In this document: positions 25,501-37,000 of the stretch, piece by piece
Position numbering within the stretch: position 1 is the first letter of the stretch
How the letters are laid out: each line of letters begins with the position of its first letter
Assembly: GCA_003344405.1 (NCBI GenBank)
Contig: NOWV01000125.1
Span: 124,001 to 188,000 of the forward strand
Source: Trichoplax sp. H2
Taxonomy: Eukaryota
Length of the DNA: 64,000 bases
Direction: 5' to 3'
Made by a program: the position numbers and the translations under genes
The notes under the pieces: generated by a model
What the model was told of the DNA's origin: nothing
What the model saw: only the letters and a program-made list of their open reading frames with translations
Databases searched by the model: none

Positions 25501-26402
25501 AAGATGAGAAGAACGTAAGTAGGATATTCCATACGGTCTGTTTTATCGATTTTATTAACGTCTTTCCCAACATGTTACTCAAATGCATGAAAACTTTCAA
25601 AATCAGGCTACGGAGAAGTTAAAACTAAAATTAGTAACAGCAGATAGAAATTTGAAAAGGGAAAAAGAGGTATAGCTACATAGTGGAATATTCCTATTAA
25701 TCACAATATATGTTAAAGTTTGCGATACTTCCTAAAATAGACTGCAGAAGAGTTAAGACTAAAGATGACAACGGCTGATAGAAATTTAAGAAAAGAAAAA
25801 GAGGTAGAGCACTTTAAATGAATAACATACTATGCAGCGGCTAAACTGTCAATTTCCTTATTTGCATCACCGTAGCTTGTATTTATATGTTATTTCTGCT
25901 GTAGTCTAACAGGGAACTTGAAAGAAGTTATCAGGACCTTAAAGAGGTAAAACAGATGACTCTAAGTTTTATTCTTTGTTCTGTGTTAACTTAGATTCTC
26001 TTTTTTGTTAAAATAGCGTCATAAAGACTTGGAGAAACGACTGCAACATGAAAAAGATGTAATATTATTCTTGTGAAAAATTTCAACACTTTTATCTTAG
26101 ATTAATGTTGCCGTTTTCCTAAATTTAGATCAATAAAGAACTTGCTAAAAAATCATCTGGTTCTGGTGCTTCAATTGAGGTATATACGATAATAGCTTAG
26201 CTATTCCTAGCGGAAAATTTTTCTGAAAGTTGTATAAGATTATCCTATATTTTGTAAGTATCTGATTTAATATATATTAAACTAAATTATTTACATTATT
26301 ATTATACAGGAACTCGAAACTTTAAGAAATGATAATAAGAGAATGAAAGATGAGAATAGTGCGCTAATCCGGGTTATTAGCAAGCTTTCTCCCGCAAAAT
26401 AA
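16574..26402 (+). CDS. PPP1R12A: Myosin phosphatase targeting subunit (MYPT1 / PPP1R12A-like), multi-exon
   Basis: Exon 1 (16574-16831) has the MyPhoNE-like RMEQLKEW, the PP1-binding KIKF, and DGLTALHQ. Ankyrin exons start at 21140 (EGWTPL, GATALHVASAKGY, EGWTPLHAAAHW). RESRRSTQ lies at ~22950 and RDKRRVTG at ~24710. The C-terminal leucine zipper reads LRNDNKRMKDENSALIRVISKLSPAK*. Confidence 0.93.
17050..17341. repeat. Near-identical direct tandem duplication (~145 bp x 2) in intron 1 of the PPP1R12-like gene
   Basis: ATCAAATGACAAGTAGAACAAGGTCTTGAC...GCCACCAATGCGC(C/G)TTGATGG occurs at 17050-17194 and 17195-17341 with a few substitutions and small indels. Confidence 0.95.
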
Positions 26403-27299
26403 AAATTTTTTTGTCATTTTACAGTATCCATGCCTACATCAATATCTTAGTTATATGTTATTTGTCATTTGGATGGTGCTCGAATAGTGTCATCTATCCT
26501 TGGTTGTCTTGTTTTAACCGCCCGTTGATCTGTGGTTTAGAGTTTAACATTTTTGTAGATCAAAAAATTTGTAGTCATCTATGTGGGATAGCTTATTGAA
26601 TGCCATGTCTGTCAAATAATTAACAAATGTGAAACTAGTTTACTGTCATACATGATGAATTTCATAAGGATACATTTATCAAGATCTGACTAACCTGTAT
26701 TAACAGAGAGAAAAAGGAAATGTATAGGGACAATTGAAAATTGCAATGTTATGGTTGGCTATATAAATCATTTATAATTTTTTATGTTAATCACAGGTTT
26801 ACTGTATTATAATAATGTATTACTTACTATTTTATAATATTTCCGTTATTGTCAGAGCGTGATAGCGTTTGTTGCTTTGGGCAACAATTGGATTGCGATA
26901 TACTATTGAATAGTTTTGTATTATACAATCGCCAACTATTACAATACAATGATCGAACGCGCGATTAGAATATCTAATTGACTTTGTAAAAAGGATAACG
27001 ATTTTGTAATGATTGTTATTTTAAATTCTATTAACATCCGTACGTTTACTGATATCTGTTGACGCGATATTTTTTATCCATTTGCGCTAAACAGTTTTCA
27101 ATTAGCGTATCGTAGACTTTGGTAGACAATCTCTCACTGCCTATACTAATGGGTACGATTTGATCATGTACCATAGTTTTAGCATTATGGTAGCGGCTCA
27201 ATATTGTAACTAATTACTCTGCATTTTATATCAAAAAAGTTTTTGAAATTTTGGGAGAACGTATTACTTTTGTTATAATGCTACTAGAGTCTTTTTATA

Positions 27300-28570
27300 T
27301 ATATATATATGTACTTGACAACATTTGCCCTGACAAAGAAATAAAAAATTTGATTTCTTATAAATTTGAAGAGGAACCCATTACAATTGTTTCATTTATT
27401 GATTAAGAGGTATAGATTTTGAAGAACTGTTAACAATTTAATGTTTTATTGTAGTAAGATGGAAAATGTATTGATTGATGGTAAGATATGTATCGTGTCA
27501 GTAAGCTGAAGCTTTTCAGTTAGCCATGGTAGAGATCAAGTTGGTACGATAAATATCTAGCACAATATATACTCGTATTAAAGGATGGGTGTAATAGAGT
27601 ATGACAATTAGACGAAACGATACACAGTGTGGACAGTGGCTGATATTATGATACGTGAAGCCAAAGTTATGCAAATAATGTAGCTCTTTTTGTGAGTATA
27701 TAGCCCAAGGAGATCTGCTCTAACTTAAGTGTATAAAGATTACTGCTTTTAAGTTGATCAAATTCTGTAATCCGCTTATTCGCTATAAATTTGCTTGAAA
27801 TCGGTCTCAATTTAGATTGTTTTATGTTTACGTGAGTATTCATATACAGTACATGAAGCTGAGTGTATAATTAAAAGTGTTGTCAGCTTATTTGTTTTAA
27901 GAATATTGTAAAAATGGATTCGTTAATTGCATCTTTCAATTAAAGATAAAAATTTAGTTGCAATACATTGAATATCATTGTACAGGTTCAAAAGTCAGAT
28001 AATACAGCATGTCCTATTCTATGTAACTATAGGATTGAACGATTGTTCTACCTTATATCGGTAAACTTATCATACTATAGGGTACATTATGAAACTCAGC
28101 TGAATCCAAGTATTGGGCAATAGTTAATATTACCATTATAAAGGAGCATAAAATATTGAGAAAGAATAGAGGACTCATGTACATTATGTCAATGTCAGAT
28201 TCTAGGACATTTCCTATTCATGTCTCTTCTACTATAACACATGTATGACTTATACTAACAAACTGTTAGAGATATAGTACGACATGTATGTCGTACCAAT
28301 TGAATATATTTGTTCATGTACTTGTATGCTTGCACTAATCAATATTTCAATTCCGATATTTCGTTAAACATTAAATGCTTGAGCCCTGTCATCTATGGTA
28401 TCAATGTGAATATGATTTTCTTCACCAGAAAGTATAGCGTACGGCACTAATAAATTCTATGGAAACTTTGGTAGCTCTACCTATGTTACAGTGTTCGCAG
28501 ATCCTTGTATAATTCCATTTTTGATAATATCTTCATGAGCAGCATATTTTTATATGCTTGTATAGTATAT
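27300..28570 (-). pseudogene. Decayed leucine-rich-repeat GPCR (LGR-type) pseudogene
   Basis: Read from high to low coordinate: LRR-like remnants (SANTVT*VELPKF, ENHIHIDTIDDRAQAF, QYLDSAEFHNVP, LNLYNDIQCI, KTNKLTTL), then TM2-like IFIHLS/ADLLGLY, TM3-like ATVHTVYRFV, TM4-like SLPWL and TM6-like WVPL. Many stops and frameshifts. Confidence 0.4.
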
Positions 28571-28971
28571 CTGCAAAGTGAATACTCCTATTTACATATA
28601 TAAAATTGAGTACTTTTATCCCTGCATAATTTTTTTCGGATTTATTCTGATAGTATAATTAATCAGCGATTTAATTCCATATAGTATCAATAAAATTTCA
28701 TTGCACTGTAGGCCGCATACACTAGCCAGACAGTAAGCGAAACAAGCATTTAGTGTTGCTTATAGATATAAAAATTATAACTACATTAAATTTCAGCAAA
28801 AGAGATAAATGATACATTTTGTCGGCAAGATATATGGTAACATCTGTGTAATATTTCCAACGGTCAAAAATTAGTAAGCTTACTCCACATTTCTTGCGAT
28901 CCAAAGGCATTCGTAACCTTGTTTTAGGAACAGTCATCTTATACGATAAGAATAAGGATAACATGTTTGAA

Positions 28972-31001
28972 TCATTGCTCCTTCTTTTGTTCTTGCAATT
29001 TCTTCGGATCCCCTCCAAGCTCAAGATATAAATCAGGATATCGCTTGGGTACCTACAGTAGATATATGTTATACTCTCCTAAGTATTCTATTTAAGAGAT
29101 ATACAGATACACATACTATATTATTGTAAGATCATCACGATGCAGCTAATTATATCGTAGACCATTTTATAGAAAAAAAAGAAAAGAGTACACAAATATA
29201 ACCATGAACATACAGCATGTCTCTGAGTAACAGGAACATTTAGCCACCATGCGTAAGCAAATACACCACCCAAGAGGCTAAGCATTAATACCAACTGTCC
29301 CAATGCTTGCCAACTGAAATGTTAAAGGAAAGCTTTTAATTGAAACATACCAATAGGTAGGGATGAGTTCTTGATAAGATTCTATGATTATTACAACTTA
29401 ACGAAAGTATCTAACTATAGTCTCCGTATTGGAAATGGATTAAAGGCAATCTTTTATCTATCAAATCTCTAGCTTCATTCAAGATCTGTTTACTGCAGTA
29501 TTGATATAATAATTTACCGTCTGACTTTATGAGCATCATTGACAGAAATTAATCAGTAGATAATTCCAATTCAGTTAATAATCAAGAATTGAATTATCGA
29601 AAATGTTATTCCAATTTACATACACGGTATAACGATCTTGTTGATAGACTTCATCCACCATCCACATTGTTAAGAGATCATCGTCTTCATGTAACTACAT
29701 TGTATAACATCAACACGTCAAAACGTAGCAATAATTGAAGCCCATTCAGAAATTGCGTTGTTAAAATCTATGGTATTCATCTACTTGTAGTATTCAACAC
29801 TAAATACATTTCCGATAGAATTGGTTACAAAAGGTATATAACGGAATTCCGTAAACCGGCTTATACTGGACTATCTTAAATCGTAAGTATATCGTTAGTG
29901 TATATCGTATAATGCTGTCGATTAGACTTTTGGTAGTTGAAAAAATCTTTTGCAGCAATAAGCTATTACGTGCGCCTCTATACTGTAGTAGCAGGATAAA
30001 GATGAATACGTTATTATAGTTCCATGCAATAGATGTACCATTTTTCAGCCTAGCTATGAAGATAAGCTGTAGCAAGATAAAATTTTCAATCCACTTACAG
30101 GTGTCTCTTTATCTCTTCTGTCTTGCTCGTCCCAATATCCTGTAGGAGGCAAGCGTTGTGCTGATATCCGCTCTACCTTGGGATAGCTTTCTAAATCGTA
30201 GGCTATGTATTCTTTGGGTCTTCGATTGACAATACTAGAACTAATAGGTGCTACCATCCAAATAATATTCCGTTAATCAATGTTTTACCGATAATACTAT
30301 GAATAATATCATCATCTAATAAAATACGGAGAATTACTGTATGGTTGTTCAGGAAAGTCTGACTGTCGACTGTTGATGTTACTTATGAGCAGAGCAATGT
30401 TGTGTTTGAAACTTATTCAGTACAGTAATCTATTCTATATTACAACAGAATTACAAAATACATCGAGTGACAATCACTATTTGCAATTACAATCCTTGAA
30501 AGTTTGTTTTCAAGCAATAGAGCAGAATCTATCTAGGGAAACGAAGCAGGCCTACAGTACTTTACGTCCAAGTAAACGAAACTCGAAACGAAGTTTTAAA
30601 TAATTTTAATACAGCTATTTTTTTAATCGTTTGCAAGCGTCGAAACAGGTCAATATCGTTACTTAAAGAGTAACAAGGTCGAAAGAATATTGGATCAACT
30701 ATCGCATGCAATAAAAAAAGAATTATTTAATATTCATGACAGAGTGTTAAATGAACGCAAGGTGTTTCTTCATCAAGCGCCATGATGAATACTAATAAAG
30801 CAGACAGACTGGAAGCCAATATGGTGGCTGTGCCCTCTTTATGCAGTCGGTGCGCTGTATCATTGATAACGAACGGTTATAACCTATAACAAATACTATC
30901 ACAAGGCAAGACTTACCAGATCTTGCAACCATAGGCGAAATACCGCGCATATAGCGCAATATTGAAGCACTTTGGCGTAAAGATGCTCGGAGAGGCAACA
31001 T
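28972..31001 (-). CDS. NDUFB8: NADH dehydrogenase [ubiquinone] 1 beta subcomplex subunit 8 (complex I, ASHI), 5 exons
   Basis: Exons 31001-30917, 30250-30099, 29694-29624, 29313-29214 and 29052-28972 splice in frame. They give an Arg/Ser/Leu-rich presequence MLPLRASLRQSASILRYMRG, then YPKVERISAQRLPP.GYWDEQDRRDKETPLHEDDDLL, one TM helix, and VPKRYPDLYLELGGDP. Confidence 0.88.
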
Positions 31002-31638
31002 TTTCCTATCGCTTTTCCTGGAAAAAAAACTGCCTTGGAGATTCAGCGTGAAAGCGGTTACACTAATACAGCTGTATGTATCGTTTATTCTCTGCTGTTG
31101 GACATATGTATCGTATACACTAGTCGAGACCTTATATAAAAGCTGTTCCACTCAATTGAGAACGTGGAGTACTAGTGTAAACAGTGGTACTACAATGTAG
31201 TACTAAAAATGAATGTCACCCATGGTAGCAGTTTCATGGTCCAACTAGTAGTATGATCTTTAGTAGTAATGACATTACTTTTGCTTAGCGATTTACTGGG
31301 CTTTCGATCCTGTACGCAACCGCAACTGTATTGTACAGTGTACAGTATACAGTATGCGGTTTGGTAATGTACTGTACATTGTACCGTATGTACTGTAGTA
31401 TTGTACTGTTGTCCGTCCTATCCAAGAGAGTACACGATGCGTCTACACTGTACAGTACAGTACTGTCTAGCCTAGACTCTACAGTACTGTACTGTGCGGG
31501 TATGCCTGAAGGTAAAGAGAGCAATTTACCGATAAAGTCGGACTTGAAAGTAGGACTGAATTAATTAATAGAATTAATAGAAATTCCTGGCACATGCAAA
31601 GGCAGTTTAGGCATCATTGGTGAAGCTGCTCCAGCATA
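31002..31638. promoter_or_regulatory. Putative bidirectional promoter of NDUFB8 / NTMT1
   Basis: The two start codons face away from each other ~640 bp apart. A dense ACTGTACAGT/GTACTGT cluster lies at 31325-31497. Confidence 0.65.
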
Positions 31639-32897
31639 ATGGATTTGAAGTTGCAAAATGCAGAAATAGAAGATTCCGACAATTGGTATGAAATAGCTGA
31701 TACCTACTGGCAGAATCAGCCTTCCACTGTCGATGGTATGCTGGGTGGCTTTGGAAAGATATCGAAGACAGATCTATTCGCTTCTCGACGATTTTTACTG
31801 GATACAATATCAGATTATAGTAAGGAGACCCAATTCAAGCAGGCATTAGATTGTGGCGCAGGTAAGGTGTTAATATATAATTTATTTAATGCATACTGTA
31901 CTATCGGCAGCTAACAGTGTTGTCATCTGCCATTGATATACAGTACTGTACATACGTGTATGTATATCTACGTGTCTACAACATAATGTACAGTAGCTGT
32001 ATGGTTGTGCATGTATGTTTTTACATATCTATATATACGGGTGCATGTATATTAGAGACTCGTATCCTAGGAACAATTATCTATATACATGTTCAGATTG
32101 ATACAAAATAGCTATGTACAGTACTTTATTGCATTGATGCATACTTTATTGCAATGAAGCATACAATAGTTCGTGTTGTTACAGCCATGACAGGTTGAGC
32201 TAGCGTTAAGACATCGAGTCTTACCATGATTCTCAACATAGATTTAGCTTATCTGAGCTACTTCTTGTTACTAATGCACTGTACAATCATCACTCTATCA
32301 TTTAGTTGCAATACCTTTCTACACTAGCAAGGTCACTGCGAATGAATTACTGCATATCTTCTTAGATTCATATGTTGATCATTCGTTGAAGGAAACCATT
32401 ACTAATTCTTTTTTGGCATATCTATCAAAGGTATAGGCAGGATATCAAAAGGACTCTTATTAAAATGGTTTGAAGTCGTTGACTTGATTGATCAAAATGG
32501 CGAATTTCTTATTGAAGCTAAAAAATCTGCGGTATCCACCAAAGATCATCGCGTCGGCGAATTATTTGCTTGTGGTTTACAGGATTTTACCCCGGAGCCT
32601 GCAAAATATGATGTGATATGGTGCCAATGGGTATTGGCCTATTTAACGGATGATGATTTAATTGCATTTCTAGCACGATGCAAGAAAGGTTTAAACTCAC
32701 ATGGTTTAATATTTATTAAAGAAAATGTTACGTGTGGTATTGTTGAAGAAGTAGACTTACAGGATTCTAGTGTAACTAGAACTGAATTAGCAATGCAAAA
32801 TATCTTTCATAAAGCAGGTTTAACGATATTAAGGCAGGAATTTCAGAAAAATTTTCCAAAAGGACTTTTTCCTGTAAAGATGTATGCTTTGATGTAG
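31639..32897 (+). CDS. NTMT1: N-terminal Xaa-Pro-Lys N-methyltransferase 1 (NTMT1/METTL11A/Tae1), 2 exons (31639-31861, 32431-32897)
   Basis: YW...PSTVDGMLGGF, ALDCGAG|IGRISKGLL, GLQDFTPE..KYDVIWCQW, IKENV, DLQDSSVTR, QKNFPKGLFPVKMYAL. Confidence 0.95.
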
Positions 32898-33459
32898 ATC
32901 GACTGTGTATATGTTTACTGATGTGATAGGTCGCGTTATAATTAATGGCGCGTTCAATATTTAACAAATTGTAGATAGTAAAGCAGAGGTATGATCCATG
33001 AGTTATGCTAATTCGATTGTACTAACAATGGTATTTCTTGAAAGATATATAATATATATCCTTTAAATCTTGTAAAAAAAACTAGTCGGCTCTAGAAGTT
33101 TTATACTACAATAAAATGAAATGAATGTTGTACAGTATACGGTAGTTCAATATGGGCAAAATGAGTGACGGTAATTTACTGTTGTAATGTATAACAAAGA
33201 ATCAAATACTGTATTTTACACTGGTATTAATAAATAACATTAATTGCAATTCACGTGTATAAATTGTAATATTCCATTCAGAATTTAAAATTGAGCTATT
33301 TTATCACACGACACAATCCGATAGTTTTCCTTGACCGCAAGCTGGCGCATATACGTATGAGCTTTTCATTTTCATTGGAGGCATACGCGTATCGTGCTGA
33401 TACTATATTACATATTTTACGTATAGAGTATACGCACTCTATATTCTAAACTACAGTTT

Positions 33460-34090
33460 AGTGCCTACTGTACTGTACTACAGTATATATATATATACTT
33501 AGATATTGTATTTGATATATCATAAACTTTAGAAGAGATAGTTTACATCAAGGTCTATCGATCCTGATATGCAATTGTCTAGCTAATAACAATGATTTTA
33601 ATCCTTAAATAATCGCCCGCCATTGACGAAAGCTTGCATGAGCTAAGCTGTCTTCCTTCTTAGATCCACTGCTGTCCGTTGTACAACAAGCTATGGAAGC
33701 CATAATCTAGACGTACAGATGTACAGACAAAAGTCGGGGCCAAGTGCAGTGTAGTACGCACGCGCAAAGAAACGTCATCGTTTCGCCACGAGCACGCGCT
33801 GTCTCGGGGAATGTCATTTTTTTTGTACAGGACGGTACCGTAGACCCTGATGGCGTTGAGTACTATTGTATACCGTTCACTTCTTCATAACTCATACAAA
33901 TGTACTATCTTATAGTACACTTCTAAACACAGACCCAACTGCTCCGAGACCTTTTTCCCCATACGCCAGGCACTTTGGCACCCACTGCACGATCTAGTCT
34001 CGACCATCCATCTTTGTCCCTTTCGACGTGTCTGTTGCATCTTTTCGTTGTGGCTTCCATTGCCAGCGTGGCCGATAGAATTAGTTAGTC
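33460..34090 (+). promoter_or_regulatory. CpG-rich putative promoter of COPB1
   Basis: TACTGTACTGTACTACAGTA at ~33466. GC/CpG-rich stretch at 33730-34080 upstream of the ATG at 34091. Confidence 0.5.
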
Positions 34091-37000
34091 ATGACTTCGT
34101 CGGCAGAACTGCCTTGTTATACCCTGTTATATTCCCAAAATGATTCTGAATCTCCAAGTGAGCTGATACTGCGGAAGGAGTTAGGTAGGTTATGCTTTAA
34201 CCTGTTGTAATGAAGTAGAGTAGACAGGACGAAAAGAGGAAAAGTCAATGATAAAGACTGTCACAGTGAGTCTGTGTCTAACCAATGGCAAGATTCATTT
34301 TATTTTTGTCTATTCGACCCTTTTTTATACTCATTACAACGTAAAAGAAGAAGAAGGATTGAGACTGAAGGCAACATTCTCTTATGAACAGTTGTATGAA
34401 GAAAAGATTGAAAGAGTAGTTTTGACAATGTGGGGCCTTTTTACCCACTTTGCTTTTCATCTGGCTACGCAAGAATTTCAGTCTATGACATGCAATTGAA
34501 TGACGATACAGTTGGCTAGGATAGTGTCATAGCACTGTCGAGCCAAACTCTTCAAATGATCCTACGTATGGATCATTTGAAATATTATCTTTGCTACTTT
34601 CTACACGACAACACTCAGATTAATACTGTAATTTTTACCACTAGTCTTAAAGCCATAACAGGAGTTACGTGTTGTTTGCCATACTGGTTAGATGATCAAT
34701 ACAATCGTGATAGATAGAAGCATGCATTGCTACTGTCTTTAAATATCTACTAGTTAATAATAATATCAAAATAGAAATTTTCCATCATCGTAAATGTCTG
34801 ATTCAATATCAACAGCAGTATGGTAACCAAATCGGTTCAATGCAAACGGATACTTTGCAACCATCAATCAATCAATCACTTCCATAAATTGAAATAATGA
34901 CTAATTCTCACTTTAGTAGCGATTATGCTTCATTCTTTTGCTATAAAAGAGTGTACTGTAAATTGTCTAGAAATTGATATCAGTAGTAATATCCTTTCCT
35001 TGATCTTTAGAATCAAATGATACCAAAGCAAAAATTCGGGCTTTAAAGAAGATCATCAATTTAATACTCAGTGGTGAAAGATTGCCCAATTTACTGATGG
35101 TTATCATGAGATTTGTTATGCCCAGCCAGGATCATAAAATTAAAAAATTACTCTTACTGTATTGGGAAATTGTGCCAAAGACTACTCCAGATGGAAAATT
35201 ACTACATGAAATGATATTAGTTTGCGACGCTTATAGAAAAGTAAGTTATTATCCAAGCTTCATTTTCTTCATTATTGTATTTGTAAACGTAATTTAAGAG
35301 ATTTTAGCAATGAAGCTCTATTCTAATGTTATATTGTTAAGGAAAAGATGTTGAAAATTGTTACCTTTCTACAATGTATTCAGTCGTTATCAAATTCCAA
35401 TGAGTGCAAAAGTCGCTTAATACAGTGATAGCATTACAGTACATGGTAATGTTATACAGTATCTATGCTTCATATTGAGGACGGCTTGTTTTCTTTTTGT
35501 AGGATTTACAACATCCAAACGAATACGTACGAGGATCTACTCTTAGATTTTTATGTAAATTGAAGGTATTGCAGCTACGTAATATCATGCTACATAACTT
35601 AATTATTGTTAATCCTACCATAGGCCTAATGTAGTCTTATATTTATAGTACTCTTATTCCGACATCACTGATGCAGATATAATACATAGAGAATAGTGTT
35701 AATGATTACCTGCTCTATGCTGTCTTCGTAGAAAGATAATAACTGAAAAAGTAGCGTATTTATGCGTTCTAATGTTTTACGTTATGTCATATCAACAATC
35801 TGGTGATTAGGAAGCAGAGCTTCTGGAGCCTTTGATGCCTACAATACGTTCTTGTTTAGAGCACAGACATGCTTACGTCAGGCGTAATGCAGTCATGGCG
35901 ATATATACTATTTTTCGGTAAGGATGAATAGCGTATCGTAAATTAAATTTTCAAGAATACTCCTAAGGAATGCTAGCAGAAATAGCTGTACTAACATTCT
36001 AAAATTCTTTTGGATAGCAATTTTGACTATCTCATTCCTGACGCACCTGAATTGGTACACGACTTTTTGGAAAGAGAACAAGATGCTTCATGCAAACGAA
36101 ATGCTTTTATGATGCTAATACACGTCGATCAGGTGTGTAATTTCAACCTTATGCAACGCAATACAGTATATTCTAGTGCTTATCATGAAAAGTCAGAGTG
36201 ATATTTTATGAAATTAGAATCACAACTACAATAATACTAACAATAATACCCCTTATTGTACGATTCATATTCAAATTAAGGATCGTGCCCTTGAGTATTT
36301 AAGCTCTTGCATAGATCAAGTTGGAAGTTTTGGCGATATTCTTCAGCTAATTATTGTTGAGCTCGTTTATAAGGTTTGATCATGAAATTATAGATTAACA
36401 ATTAGGCTATCAATATTCATAAGTATTACGGAAATGATTTTACGGCCAACTTTATTCTTAGGTTTGTCATAGCAATCCTAGCCAACGAACACGATTTATT
36501 CGCTGTATCTATAATTTGTTGAATTCAAATTCTGCCGCAGTCCGTTATGAAGCTGCTGGAACATTAGTAACATTATCATCAGCTCCAACAGCAGTTAGGG
36601 TAAATTTCCTTTCCCTATCATCTTAATAAAAGTAGTATTTTTTGTGAAAGCTAACGTAATAATATTATATTTCTAGGCTGCAGCATCATGCTATATCGAA
36701 TTAATTGTTAAAGAAAGTGACAATAACGTTAAATTAATAGTATTGGAAAAATTAAATTCATTACGAAAGAATCCAAATTATGTCAAGATTATTCAGGTTT
36801 ATACTATATTTATCATCATTTACGTATTTGTCAATTAAAATGACTTTATTAGCGCTTTGAAGCAACGCTATGTCAAGTTCATGACTCTTATTACAATTGT
36901 TGCTGTTAAATTAGGAATTAACAATGGACATTTTGAGAGTTCTTAACGCTCCAGATATGGAGGTACGAAAGAAGACATTACAGTTGATTATGGACCTAAT

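Noticed and set aside
28380..28570. Cadherin-like reading (YAILSGEENHIHID)
   Set aside because: There are no DxD/LDRE/DxNDN calcium motifs. The surrounding remnants fit LRRs better.
31285..31564. TVQY/YCTV-rich ORFs here and at 15754-16183 and 57784-58446
   Set aside because: They are translations of the TACTGTACAGTA motif clusters, open on both strands, with no protein-family features.
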